This document shows, one piece after another, positions 12,590 to 26,830 of a stretch of DNA of 64,000 bases. Both the position numbers and the translations under genes were made by a program. Position 1 is the first letter of the stretch; each line of letters begins with the position of its first letter. The notes beneath the pieces were generated by a model. It worked only from the letters and a program-made list of their open reading frames with translations. It did not search any database and was not told the origin of the DNA. Source of the stretch: Eledone cirrhosa (taxonomy: Eukaryota); contig OZ024753.1 of the NCBI GenBank assembly GCA_964016885.1, positions 62,001-126,000 of the forward strand, written 5' to 3'.

Positions 12590-15500
12590 GAGAGAGAGAA
12601 ATTACCCTCAGTAGATCAGACAGAGGGACCAGCTATTGAGATTAACGAATATAGGGTCCAAGAGGCGATTAAGGAAATGAAAAATGGTGAGGCTGCTGGA
12701 CCATCGGAGATAGTTGCTGAGATGCTGAAGGCCTCAGGGGACGTAGGCACTAAACTGGTTGCACACATCATCAATCAGGCTATATATGGCAGTGTCATAC
12801 CCAAAGACTAGTGCAAAAGTAAAGGGGACGCTCTTGAGAGGAGAAATTATAGGGATATAAAACTGATGGATCAGGTTATGAAAGTGGCAGAAAGGATATT
12901 AGCACAACTAATTAGAGAAAGGGTCAAACTAGATGAGATGCAGTTTGGTTTTGTGCCTGGGAATAGTACAACAGATGCCCTCTTCTTGATGAGACAATTA
13001 CAAGAGAGGTTCTTAGAGAAAAATAAGCCACTATACTTTGCCTTTGTTGACCTAGAGAAGGCCTTTGATAGGGTACGCCGATCTGTCATCTTATTATTTA
13101 ACCTATAAATGGGGCCCCAACAGGTACTACTACACCAGGCCAGAGCAGACCTGGGAGTTATGACAACTAAGGGGGTAACTCCACGTTCCCCACAGTTCCT
13201 CCTGAACTTGAGCCTTGCCACTGGATGTAGTTTAATGTCATACCCAGGACAAATATATACATACATATATATATATACATACACACATATATATATATAT
13301 ATATATACATATATACAAATATATATATGCGTACGAAAGTGTGGTTACATGATGCCTATGCGAGATGTGCGACCCTGCATGGTAGTGAGACATGGACAGC
13401 AACTGCAGAGGGTATGCGATGGCTGGAGAGAAATGAAGCAAGCACGCTCCGTTGGATGTGCAATGTCAATGTGCGGGAACGACCAAGCATAAACGAGTTG
13501 AGAGAGAAACTGTGTTTAAGAGGGATAAGTTGTGGTGTGCAAGAGAGGACTGAGATGGTATGGGCATGTGATGCGCATGGAGGTTGAGCGCTGGGTAAAG
13601 AAGGGAGACGCAGTAGAGGAAGACCACGAAAAACATGGGTGGAGGTGGTGAGAGCCGACTTCAGATCGCTGAAACTCACCAAGGAGATGACGAAGGACTG
13701 TGACAAGTGAAGAGATGCTTTGCTCAAGAGGACCTGTCCCACCCTTTCAAGCAGGGAAAAGCGGACGTAAAATGATGAACAGACGATGATAATGATGCTC
13801 TCTATATATCTATCTCTCTATCAATCTATCCAGATATCTGTGCATCAGTCTATCTATTTACCTACACTTCTCACTCCGTCTCAGGATCACCGAGACATCA
13901 CCAACAACCAACCCACGCTGTGGGAAACAGTCCTCCCCGGGGCACACCCTGCTACTTCACACCATCTGTCTGTCTCGCTGCCTAACTACCGAGAAATCCG
14001 GCTTCTGTGCTTGCCTAATTCGTAGGTTATTAGGCAGTTGGCAGGTTTGCGGAAGTTGGTTTTGCAAATGGTTAAAACACTTGCATCACAAAATTCAAAT
14101 AGCATCACTCCTTGTTTTATCTTTCTCGTCTTTACCTAGGCCTGCATAAGTTAGTGTTACGGTTAGTGTTACTGTTAGCGTTACGGCTAGTTTTAGGGTT
14201 AATTGAGAGCAAGAAACTGCTGCTAGGTAAAGAAAAGAAATTCTGCATTTACAAGCAATTTTTACAAACAGCCACAATGACAGGACGGAGACATCGTTAT
14301 GCTAGCAGGGGATTTCAATGGTCATGTTGGACAGCTCTACGATGGTTACACCGAGGTACGTGTTGGGCACACTTACGGCTTAAGAAATGAAGCAGTGAAA
14401 CTTCTTGAATTTTGCGATGCAATTGCACTAACCATCTACAACACTAACTTACACAAATCTGCCAACCACCTAATAACCTACAAATCAGGCAAGCACATAA
14501 GCCAGATTGACTTCTTGCTAGTGAGGCAGCGGGACAGGCAGATGGTGTCAAATACAAAGGCATACCCCGGGGAAGAATGTACCCCAAGCAAGAGACTGAA
14601 TGAGACATACAGGAAGGTGTGGAAAAAAGAAAGGTCTGGAAGCTAAAAGAGCTCTCACTAAAATACAAATTTAGGAAAGCCCTTCAATACGTGTATGATG
14701 AAAAAGAAGACGATTTAGAGTCGTACAACATAGATGATAACTGGAATTTCTTATGCGATACCTTACTGCAGGTTACTGATGAAACTTGTGGCTGGATCAG
14801 AGTTCCAACCAGACAGAGAGTGACATGGTGGTGGGACAGCACGGTAGATCGGGCCATTGGAGACTAAAGACTAGCATGGAATGCTTGCAAAATTAGTGCG
14901 AGTAGAGAAGAATATACAGCCGCTAAGAGAGAAGCTAGACGTCAGGTGTACTTAGCATGCAAGGAGGCTGCTCGACGACGTGCGCTGTTCCGTACTGCAA
15001 GGCAGTGTGTCAGTGCAAATCGGGATTAAGTCTGTCCGCAATGATGCCGCTGTACTTTGTGTCACGAATGAGTGTTGATGAGTAGAAAAGAGGACAAAAC
15101 TCTATTCCGTCAGGGAAATGGCCATGTTCGATATGCAGAAACGGAACTGGCATAAATTATATAAAACGTACACAAAAGATCGAGTGCGATAGCAGGCACG
15201 TAGTGGGATAGCAGGCAAACTAACAGCATATTTTGATTATAATAAAACAAATAATAATAGTAATAATAATAATAATAATCGTCATTGTTCTTTTCTTCTG
15301 TGCCTTTCTTTGCCTTCTCTGTCATCTGAATAACAAAAATAAAAGAAAAAAAGAATCTTAAACATATGTTGCCTTTACAAAGTGCTGTGATCAAAGTAGC
15401 TTTTAAGCAATTTCCTAACTAACAAACAACATCAACAAAATATATACAAATATCTTTGAATGTCAAGTCCACCAAGAGAAAATAGTCATAATGTACTTAC

Positions 15501-15942
15501 AGATACAATGCTAGGGACTCGCATCAATGAGTTTTAGTAGAAAATGACTGACTGACTGTTGAGGGGACAGAGGTGTGTTTTCAAATATTTATCAATTCAC
15601 AACAAAGCCTCACAAAGCTACATCATAATGCAAACTCACAACACCCTTCTTATGCAACCTCACCAAGCAACCCCACAACACAACCTCATGTTCACAATTC
15701 ACAACACTCAACAAGGCATTCGTTATCTAGGGTTTACAGTAAACATAGCGAGGTAAAACACCCAGTACACTCTGTAAAGTGGTCATTAGGTTAAGATTAA
15801 ACTGAAATCATACCTCCATTGTCGTTGGCGTATATTTTCTCTAAAACTTAATTTCATTGCTTTCATTTCTCTTCTTTTTCTTCTATTCCATCTAAATATG
15901 AAAAAAAAATTATACAGGTCATTTCGTCTTATCAAGAGGTCC

Positions 15943-15976
<34 letters not shown>

Positions 15977-18900
15977 GAGATAATACCTTAAAATAATGGT
16001 AAAAAAAGTGTTTAATTACGAAAATCCTTTGAAATAACTTCCTCGCTCTTACTGGTCATACCTGCAAAACACAAAACACTAGCGTTAGCGTGAACAGTGC
16101 AGTGCAGTGCAGTGCAGTGTAATTTAGTATGGTGCAGTTTAGTGGCACAGTACACTGTAAAACATTTAGCCAATCTCTCAGACATTTACAAATCTTTCAA
16201 GATATATATATATATATGGGAGAGAGAGAAATTACCCTCAGTAGATCAGACAGAGGGACCAGCTATTGAGATTGACGAATATAGGGTCCAAGAGGCGATT
16301 AAGGAAATGAAAAATGGTGAGGCTGCTGGACCATCGGAGATAGTTGCTGAGATGCTGAAGGCCTCAGGGGACGTAGGCACTAAACTGGTTGCACACATCA
16401 TCAATCAGGCTATATATGGCAGTGTCATACCCAAAGACTAGTGCAAAAGTAAAGGGGACGCTCTTGAGAGGAGAAATTATAGGGATATAAAACTGATGGA
16501 TCAGGTTATGAAAGTGGCAGAAAGGATATTAGCACAACTAATTAGAGAAAGGGTCAAACTAGATGAGATGCAGTTTGGTTTTGTGCCTGGGAATAGTACA
16601 ACAGATGCCCTCTTCTTGATGAGACAATTACAAGAGAGGTTCTTAGAGAAAAATAAGCCACTATACTTTGCCTTTGTTGACCTAGAGAAGGCCTTTGATA
16701 GGGTACGCCGATCTGTCATCTTATTATTTAACCTATAAATGGGGCCCCAACAGGTACTACTACACCAGGCCAGAGCAGACCTGGGAGTTATGACAACTAA
16801 GGGGGTAACTCCACGTTCCCCACAGTTCCTCCTGAACTTGAGCCTTGCCACTGGATGTAGTTTAATGTCATACCCAGGACAAATATATACATACATATAT
16901 ATATATACATACACACATATATATATATATATATATACATATATACAAATATATATATGCGTACGAAAGTGTGGTTACATGATGCCTATGCGAGATGTGC
17001 GACCCTGCATGGTAGTGAGACATGGACAGCAACTGCAGAGGGTATGCGATGGCTGGAGAGAAATGAAGCAAGCACGCTCCGTTGGATGTGCAATGTCAAT
17101 GTGCGGGAACGACCAAGCATAAACGAGTTGAGAGAGAAACTGTGTTTAAGAGGGATAAGTTGTGGTGTGCAAGAGAGGACTGAGATGGTATGGGCATGTG
17201 ATGCGCATGGAGGTTGAGCGCTGGGTAAAGAAGGGAGACGCAGTAGAGGAAGACCACGAAAAACATGGGTGGAGGTGGTGAGAGCCGACTTCAGATCGCT
17301 GAAACTCACCAAGGAGATGACGAAGGACTGTGACAAGTGAAGAGATGCTTTGCTCAAGAGGACCTGTCCCACCCTTTCAAGCAGGGAAAAGCGGACGTAA
17401 AATGATGAACAGACGATGATAATGATGCTCTCTATATATCTATCTCTCTATCAATCTATCCAGATATCTGTGCATCAGTCTATCTATTTACCTACACTTC
17501 TCACTCCGTCTCAGGATCACCGAGACATCACCAACAACCAACCCACGCTGTGGGAAACAGTCCTCCCCGGGGCACACCCTGCTACTTCACACCATCTGTC
17601 TGTCTCGCTGCCTAACTACCGAGAAATCCGGCTTCTGTGCTTGCCTAATTCGTAGGTTATTAGGCAGTTGGCAGGTTTGCGGAAGTTGGTTTTGCAAATG
17701 GTTAAAACACTTGCATCACAAAATTCAAATAGCATCACTCCTTGTTTTATCTTTCTCGTCTTTACCTAGGCCTGCATAAGTTAGTGTTACGGTTAGTGTT
17801 ACTGTTAGCGTTACGGCTAGTTTTAGGGTTAATTGAGAGCAAGAAACTGCTGCTAGGTAAAGAAAAGAAATTCTGCATTTACAAGCAATTTTTACAAACA
17901 GCCACAATGACAGGACGGAGACATCGTTATGCTAGCAGGGGATTTCAATGGTCATGTTGGACAGCTCTACGATGGTTACACCGAGGTACGTGTTGGGCAC
18001 ACTTACGGCTTAAGAAATGAAGCAGTGAAACTTCTTGAATTTTGCGATGCAATTGCACTAACCATCTACAACACTAACTTACACAAATCTGCCAACCACC
18101 TAATAACCTACAAATCAGGCAAGCACATAAGCCAGATTGACTTCTTGCTAGTGAGGCAGCGGGACAGGCAGATGGTGTCAAATACAAAGGCATACCCCGG
18201 GGAAGAATGTACCCCAAGCAAGAGACTGAATGAGACATACAGGAAGGTGTGGAAAAAAGAAAGGTCTGGAAGCTAAAAGAGCTCTCACTAAAATACAAAT
18301 TTAGGAAAGCCCTTCAATATGTGTATGATGAAAAAGAAGACGATTTAGAGTCGTACAACATAGATGATAACTGGAATTTCTTATCCGATACCTTACTGCA
18401 GGTTACTGATGAAACTTGTGGCTGGATCAGAGTTCCAACCAGACAGAGAGTGACATGGTGGTGGGACAGCACGGTAGATCGGGCCATTGGAGACTAAAGA
18501 CTAGCATGGAATGCTTGCAAAATTAGTGCGAGTAGAGAAGAATATACAGCCGCTAAGAGAGAAGCTAGATGTCAGGTGTACTTAGCATGCAAGGAGGCTG
18601 CTCGACGACGTGCGCTGTTCCGTACTGCAAGGCAGTGTGTCAGTGCAAATCGGGATTAAGTCTGTCCGCAATGATGCCGCTGTACTTTGTGTCACGAATG
18701 AGTGTTGATGAGTAGAAAAGAGGACAAAACTCTATTCCGTCAGGGAAATGGCCATGTTCGATATGCAGAAACGGAACTGGCATAAATTATATAAAACGTA
18801 CACAAAAGATCGAGTGCGATAGCAGGCACGTAGTGGGATAGCAGGCAAACTAACAGCATATTTTGATTATAATAAAACAAATAATAATAGTAATAATAAT

Positions 18901-19572
18901 AATAATAATCGTCATTGTTCTTTTCTTCTGTGCCTTTCTTTGCCTTCTCTGTCATCTGAATAACAAAAATAAAAGAAAAAAAGAATCTTAAACATATGTT
19001 GCCTTTACAAAGTGCTGTGATCAAAGTAGCTTTTAAGCAATTTCCTAACTAACAAACAACATCAACAAAATATATACAAATATCTTTGAATGTCAAGTCC
19101 ACCAAGAGAAAATAGTCATAATGTACTTACAGATACAATGCTAGGGACTCGCATCAATGAGTTTTAGTAGAAAATGACTGACTGACTGTTGAGGGGACAG
19201 AGGTGTGTTTTCAAATATTTATCAATTCACAACAAAGCCTCACAAAGCTACATCATAATGCAAACTCACAACACCCTTCTTATGCAACCTCACCAAGCAA
19301 CCCCACAACACAACCTCACGTTCACAATTCACAACACTCAACAAGGCATTCGTTATCTAGGGTTTACAGTAAACATAGCGAGGTAAAACACCCAGTACAC
19401 TCTGTAAAGTGGTCATTAGGTTAAGATTAAACTGAAATCATACCTCCATTGTCGTTGGCGTATATTTTCTCTAAAACTTAATTTCATTGCTTTCATTTCT
19501 CTTCTTTTTCTTCTATTCCATCTAAATATGAAAAAAAAATTATACAGGTCATTTCGTCTTATCAAGAGGTCC

Positions 19573-19606
<34 letters not shown>

Positions 19607-19839
19607 GAGATAATACCTTAAAATAATGGTAAAAAAAGTGTTTAATTACGAAAATCCTTTGAAATAACTTCCTCGCTCTTACTGGTCATACCTGCAAAAC
19701 ACAAAACACTAGCGTTAGCGTGAACAGTGCAGTGCAGTGCAGTGCAGTGCAGTGCAGTGCAATTTAGTATGGTGCAGTTTAGTGGCACAGTACACTGTAA
19801 AACATTTAGCCAATCTCTCAGACATTTACAAATCTTTCA

Positions 19840-19873
<34 letters not shown>

Positions 19874-22223
19874 GAGAGAGAGAAATTACCCTCAGTAGAT
19901 CAGACAGAGGGACCAGCTATTGAGATTAACGAATATAGGGTCCAAGAGGCGATTAAGGAAATGAAAAATGGTGAGGCTGCTGGACCATCGGAGATAGTTG
20001 CTGAGATGCTGAAGGCCTCAGGGGACGTAGGCACTAAACTGGTTGCACACATCATCAATCAGGCTATATATGGCAGTGTCATACCCAAAGACTAGTGCAA
20101 AAGTAAAGGGGACGCTCTTGAGAGGAGAAATTATAGGGATATAAAACTGATGGATCAGGTTATGAAAGTGGCAGAAAGGATATTAGCACAACTAATTAGA
20201 GAAAGGGTCAAACTAGATGAGATGCAGTTTGGTTTTGTGCCTGGGAATAGTACAACAGATGCCCTCTTCTTGATGAGACAATTACAAGAGAGGTTCTTAG
20301 AGAAAAATAAGCCACTATACTTTGCCTTTGTTGACCTAGAGAAGGCCTTTGATAGGGTACGCCGATCTGTCATCTTATTATTTAACCTATAAATGGGGCC
20401 CCAACAGGTACTACTACACCAGGCCAGAGCAGACCTGGGAGTTATGACAACTAAGGGGGTAACTCCACGTTCCCCACAGTTCCTCCTGAACTTGAGCCTT
20501 GCCACTGGATGTAGTTTAATGTCATACCCAGGACAAATATATACATACATATATATATATACATACACACATATATATATATATATATATACATATATAC
20601 AAATATATATATGCGTACGAAAGTGTGGTTACATGATGCCTATGCGAGATGTGCGACCCTGCATGGTAGTGAGACATGGACAGCAACTGCAGAGGGTATG
20701 CGATGGCTGGAGAGAAATGAAGCAAGCACGCTCCGTTGGATGTGCAATGTCAATGTGCGGGAACGACCAAGCATAAACGAGTTGAGAGAGAAACTGTGTT
20801 TAAGAGGGATAAGTTGTGGTGTGCAAGAGAGGACTGAGATGGTATGGGCATGTGATGCGCATGGAGGTTGAGCGCTGGGTAAAGAAGGGAGACGCAGTAG
20901 AGGAAGACCACGAAAAACATGGGTGGAGGTGGTGAGAGCCGACTTCAGATCGCTGAAACTCACCAAGGAGATGACGAAGGACTGTGACAAGTGAAGAGAT
21001 GCTTTGCTCAAGAGGACCTGTCCCACCCTTTCAAGCAGGGAAAAGCGGACGTAAAATGATGAACAGACGATGATAATGATGCTCTCTATATATCTATCTC
21101 TCTATCAATCTATCCAGATATCTGTGCATCAGTCTATCTATTTACCTACACTTCTCACTCCGTCTCAGGATCACCGAGACATCACCAACAACCAACCCAC
21201 GCTGTGGGAAACAGTCCTCCCCGGGGCACACCCTGCTACTTCACACCATCTGTCTGTCTCGCTGCCTAACTACCGAGAAATCCGGCTTCTGTGCTTGCCT
21301 AATTCGTAGGTTATTAGGCAGTTGGCAGGTTTGCGGAAGTTGGTTTTGCAAATGGTTAAAACACTTGCATCACAAAATTCAAATAGCATCACTCCTTGTT
21401 TTATCTTTCTCGTCTTTACCTAGGCCTGCATAAGTTAGTGTTACGGTTAGTGTTACTGTTAGCGTTACGGCTAGTTTTAGGGTTAATTGAGAGCAAGAAA
21501 CTGCTGCTAGGTAAAGAAAAGAAATTCTGCATTTACAAGCAATTTTTACAAACAGCCACAATGACAGGACGGAGACATCGTTATGCTAGCAGGGGATTTC
21601 AATGGTCATGTTGGACAGCTCTACGATGGTTACACCGAGGTACGTGTTGGGCACACTTACGGCTTAAGAAATGAAGCAGTGAAACTTCTTGAATTTTGCG
21701 ATGCAATTGCACTAACCATCTACAACACTAACTTACACAAATCTGCCAACCACCTAATAACCTACAAATCAGGCAAGCACATAAGCCAGATTGACTTCTT
21801 GCTAGTGAGGCAGCGGGACAGGCAGATGGTGTCAAATACAAAGGCATACCCCGGGGAAGAATGTACCCCAAGCAAGAGACTGAATGAGACATACAGGAAG
21901 GTGTGGAAAAAAGAAAGGTCTGGAAGCTAAAAGAGCTCTCACTAAAATACAAATTTAGGAAAGCCCTTCAATACGTGTATGATGAAAAAGAAGACGATTT
22001 AGAGTCGTACAACATAGATGATAACTGGAATTTCTTATGCGATACCTTACTGCAGGTTACTGATGAAACTTGTGGCTGGATCAGAGTTCCAACCAGACAG
22101 AGAGTGACATGGTGGTGGGACAGCACGGTAGATCGGGCCATTGGAGACTAAAGACTAGCATGGAATGCTTGCAAAATTAGTGCGAGTAGAGAAGAATATA
22201 CAGCCGCTAAGAGAGAAGCTAGA

Positions 22224-22908
22224 GGTTAGGTGTACTTAGCACGCAAGGAGGCTGCTCGACAAGAAGATCAAAGACGCGCCGTGTTCCGTATTGCGAGGCT
22301 GTGTGTCAGTGCAAATCGAGATTAAGTTTGTCTGCTTAATGATGCCGGCGTACTTAGTTTTACGGATGGTCAGAAAAAAAAGGCCTGGAAATGTCATTAA
22401 GAGAGACTGATGAATGTGGAGACCCAATGTGAGAAAGAGAGAAATTACCCCCCCAGTACATCCGACAGAGGGATCAGCTATTCAGATTGACGAATATATG
22501 GTCTAAGAGGCGATTAAGGAAATGAATAATGGTAAGGCCGCTGGACCGTCAGGAATAGTTGCCGAGATGCTGCAGGCATCAGGGGAAATAGGCACTCAAC
22601 TGGTTGCACGCTTCATCAAATCAGGCTATATATGTCGGTTTTGTACTCAAAGACTGCTGCAGCAATATTCTCGTAAATTGCTACAAAGGTAAAGGAGATG
22701 CTCTGGACATGAGCAATTATAGAGGAATAAAGCTGATGGATCAGGTTGTGAAAGTGGCAGAAAGGATATTAGCGCAACTAATTATAGAAAGGGTGCAACT
22801 AGATGCGATGCAGTTTGGTTATGTGCCTGGGAAAAGTGCAACAGATACCCTCTTAGCGAGACAACTACAAGAGAGGTTATTAGAAGCCACTATACTTAGC
22901 TTTTGTTG
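22224..22908 (+). pseudogene. Diverged RTE linker-RT segment flanking the array
   Basis: Continues collinearly from the endonuclease into RT (NCYKGKGDALDMSNYRGIKLMDQ...AFVE) without the deletion seen in array units. Confidence 0.88.
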
Positions 22909-23078
22909 AAATAACTTCCTTTCTCTTACTGATCATAACTGCAAAATAGAAAACAGTAGCGTTAGCGTGAACAGTACAGTGCAGTGTAGTGTAGTGTGAT
23001 TTAGTATGGTGCAGTTTAGTGGCACAGTACACTGTAAAACATTTAGCCAATCTCTCAGACATTTACAAATATTTCAAG

Positions 23079-23115
<37 letters not shown>

Positions 23116-23790
23116 ATATACATGGGAGAGAGAGAAATTACCCTCAGTAGATCAGACAGAAGAACCAGCTATTGAGATTGACGAATATAGGGTCCAAGAG
23201 GCAATTAAGGAAATGAAAAATGGTGAGGCTGCTGGACCATCGGAGATAGTTGTTGAGATGCTGAAGGCCTCAGGGGACGTAGGCACTAAACTGGTTGCAC
23301 ACATCAATCAGGCTATATATGGCAGTGTCATACCCAAAGACTAGTGCAAAAGTAAAGGGGATGCTCTTGAGAGGAGAAATTATAGGGGTATAAAACTGAT
23401 GGATCAGGTTATGAAAGTGGCAGAAAGGATATTAGCACAACTAATTAGAGAAAGGGTCAAACTAGATGAGATGCAGTTTGGTTTTGTGCCTGGGAATAGT
23501 ACAACAGATGCCCTCTTCTTGATGAGACAATTACAAGAGAGGTTCTTAGAGAAAAATAAGCCACTATACTTAGCCTTTGTTGACCTAGAGAAGGCCTTTG
23601 ATAGGGGTACCCCGATCTGTCATCTTATTATTTAACCTATAAAAGGGGCCCTAACAGGTACTACTACACCAGGCCAGAGCAGACCTGGGAGTTATGACAA
23701 CTAAGGGGGTAACTCCACGTTCCCCACAGTTCCTCCTGAACTTGAGCCTTGCCACTGGATGTAGTTTAATGTCATACCCAGGACAAATAT
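22909..23790 (+). repeat. Older, diverged partial copy of the array unit (equivalent to ~5087-5970)
   Basis: gaaataacttcct...CAGTG repeats...RT fragment...SINE-like block with scattered substitutions. Confidence 0.9.
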
Positions 23791-23814
23791 ATACACACAC
23801 ACATATATATATAT

Positions 23815-24111
23815 CAAAATTGATGGAAGTTACGGAGTAGGCAGACCCAGAAAAACCTGGGACGATCTGATAAATTCCGACCTTACATACATCTCTCCAA
23901 GACAATGTCACTGGACAGAGATCTTTGGCACTACGCAGTAATACAGAAGACCTGATTTGTCTATGTACAACGCGAAACCTCGTCAGTAGGCACCTCTTAA
24001 CCAAAAATACACCCGCATCCCACTACCCTCTCCTCCAACCTCTCTCTGTAAAGTTATGTTGGTACCACAACATCCAGCCCTAAATAAATGAGGTCGTGTA
24101 GATGTCACGAC

Positions 24112-24143
<32 letters not shown>

Positions 24144-24350
24144 CCACGCTGTAATGTGCCCGTGTAGGTAACACGGTAAAAACCTCCCAGTCCACACTAA
24201 ACGTGGTTGGTGTTAGGAAGGGCACCCAACCGTAGAAAACCTGCCAGACAGTCCTATACGAGCGAGAAAAACCAATCTTGCCTCAAGTGGGACATCTCCC
24301 GTCTAAACCCATGCTAGCGTGGAAGATAGACTTTAAACGATGATGATGAT
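23815..24350 (+). mobile_element. RTE LINE 3' end with long-type 3'UTR and (GAT)n tail
   Basis: IDGSYGVGRPRKTWDDLINSDL; UTR contains ggttggtgttaggaagggca; ends aacccatgctagcgtggaa...aaacgatgatgatgat. Confidence 0.88.
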
Positions 24351-24513
24351 ATATACACATGGGATAACAAGTTATCGTTTTAGGTAATCCAGTGAGAGGT
24401 TTCCTTACTTAGGTAGCGAGTTTGCAATAATTCCCATGCAGGTCGATCTTGGAGTAATAGTAGTGAAAGAATGAAGAGTAAGATGGTCGGCTGTATAAAA
24501 AGGGTTTTATTTA

Positions 24514-24613
24514 CAGTACTAACAATTGTTTCATTGAACAGGTGAGTCTAAAAGTCGCTAATCACTCGACCTTAAATACAGTGTGTGGCTCTGATAAAAT
24601 CATCGGAATACTG
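24514..24613 (-). ncRNA. Degenerate type I hammerhead ribozyme-like motif (Penelope-type)
   Basis: Minus strand: cagtatt-CCGATGA-(67 nt, poorly paired stem II)-GAAA-caattg-TT-agtactg, followed by AATAAA. Confidence 0.45.
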
Positions 24614-24999
24614 GAGGGTGTAACACATGGCATTAGCATTTATAGATACATCAGAGAATCGAGTGAATGAAAACGAAAACATCAATAATAAAAGATAAAC
24701 AATAATAAAAGTATAAAGAAGAAAGAATGACGATATAAAAAATAAGTACAAAATACGGTTTCTGATAATAGTAGAAGTTATAGTGTAAGTGGATGTGTAA
24801 AATAGTGATGACAATAATGATAACAATAACATGAAAAGGAATACGATATATGTTTCAGCAAAATAAAAAGGCAAGTTGTATAATAAAATATCAAAGGATT
24901 AAATAAATAATAAAAAGTAAGAGATAGAGAGATAAGGAATAGGAGACAGGGACTGAGAATATGGATTCGAGGATGAGACAAAGGGTAGGAATAAGGAGA

Positions 25000-25440
25000 G
25001 GGACTAAAAGTTATGTTTTTCTTAACGATGATAATACAAAATTAGAGGAATCAAAAGAGAATTACAGTACTATTCACATGTAGTGCAACTGGTGAAAAGT
25101 TTAAACCCCTTTTTACTGAAAAAAGCCTTAAACCTCGTTGTTTCAAGAATATTGACATTTCTAAACAGGAATTTTATTATAAAAAGAACATTACGGATGG
25201 ATGACAGACAATATATTTTCATTTTACCTAAAAGAAATCAATTACGAATTTTTTAAACAATAGAGAAAAGTATTATTGCTCCTTGATAATGCAGCATGCC
25301 ACAAACAAAGCTTTTAAAATATAAAACTTTTTTTTTTCTACCCTCGAACACAACTACAAAATTACAACCTTTAGACCAAGGAATAATTTGGTCATTCAAA
25401 AGCAACTACAATACGATTTTTATTAATAAAGTTGGTTAAT
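25000..25440 (+). pseudogene. pogo/Tigger (CENP-B-like DDE_1) transposase fragment
   Basis: RITVLFTCSATGEK, KSLKPRCFKN, VLLLLDNAACH, LPSNTTTKLQPLDQGIIWSFKSNY across frameshifts. Confidence 0.9.
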
Positions 25441-25496
25441 AAAGATGTGAAAGTGTCAATTTAAAAGGAACGTCATGAGTTACGCCCCTTTATTTT

Positions 25497-25562
25497 CCGA
25501 GTTCAACTTGGCCTTTCATCCTTATAGGGTCGATAAATAAAGTACCAGTGATGCACTGGAAT
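25497..25562 (+). mobile_element. SINE fragment with Deu/Nin-type central domain
   Basis: gcctttcatccttatagggtcgataaataaagtaccagt; related pieces at ~28352-28410 (+) and 36545-36670 (-). Confidence 0.65.
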
Positions 25563-26614
25563 AATTGCTGGCAAAAGTAAAAACAGTTATTGCATGGTAT
25601 TTTTGGTCAGTCCAGGCATGGGATTCGGTTGTAAAAGAGAATTGTAAATTGCTGGGAAAAGTCAGGTCTACGAATACAGAATTCAATGAGTGAAGATTCG
25701 GTTGCAAAAGCATTGTGTTTAGAAAATGGGGAATACGAGCTGAAATACGCACTTAAGGAACTCAAGGAACTAAAATATGATAATGTTACTTTTACAATTA
25801 AAACTTAAATTTAAATTTTTATGTCTTGTTTTTAGTTTGGGGAGGGGGGGGGGATGTCAAAATAACCAACTTTTCTTTTAAAATGTTAATTAAGGTAAAC
25901 ATGACAACTTAAATTCAAGTTTTTTGTCAAAAAAAAAAAAAAAAGGTCATTATTGACATTTTTACACACACATATATATACATACATACTTATATATACA
26001 TACATACACTAGCTACACTCTACGCTATATATATATATACTACGAGTGGTTTTCTGCTAGCATGTGTAGTGTGTATATTGATATTATACGCAAGTATATA
26101 TACATGGAGATATGATACGTCAAATAAAATCGCAATTGACAATATACACATTAGTTGAACGAAGACTGTGTTACACTGTCTTATGTGATAAATGATGCAT
26201 TTATAGATAAGGATGAGGGGCTAAATATTATCTATATGATTTTACATTGTTGTTATAGGTCTTCGAAGGATATTAGTTATAAGTGATATAATTGAAATAC
26301 CTTAATCGAAGAGTTGGTAGCTTCTTATCGGTAGTAAATGCTGCTGACTTCCAGGATATAAATAAATAGCTCTTCAATGCTCACTCCTCTATAAATATAA
26401 TTTTATTTGTCGAAAAGGATTGTAGGAGTCATTTTACAATAAATTTTCGCGCGATGTATCATCTGCAAGTCAGTTCGGTCTGTCATACGCAACTTCCCAT
26501 TGGTCAGTTTGATGTATGTTGAAAGTAAAGGAGTGTTTGAATGTGATTGTGGTGTTTGCGGTGGTGCTTGTATTGACACATTGTAGCAGAGGGGAGTATG
26601 AGGCTCTGATGTGA

Positions 26615-26830
26615 GAGCATCTGTGTAGGCCCGCTTTAGTCTGTCAATAGAGTGTGTCTTTATGTCCATTAAAGTCAAAGGTGAAATGTTTATCTCTACG
26701 TGCAAGTACACGATAGGGTCCAGAATAAGGTGGAGTGAGAGGTCTTCTCACCGTCATTTCTGACAAAAACATGGGTCCACGAGGAAAGTCCCTCGGAACA
26801 GAATATTTAAAGGTTTGTTGCCTAGTTTTC
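26615..26830 (-). pseudogene. Ty3/Gypsy integrase C-terminal fragment (GPY/F module)
   Basis: VRRPLTPPYSGPYRVLARRDKHFTFDFNGHKDT / SIDRLKRAY. Confidence 0.85.

Larger units (their letters stand above)
2384..22223 (+). repeat. LINE-derived tandem macrosatellite, ~5.4 units of 3630-3687 bp
   Basis: Identical ORF set recurs at offsets 3687, 3635, 3654, 3630 and 3654; units start at about 2384, 6071, 9706, 13360, 16990 and 20644. Confidence 0.98.
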
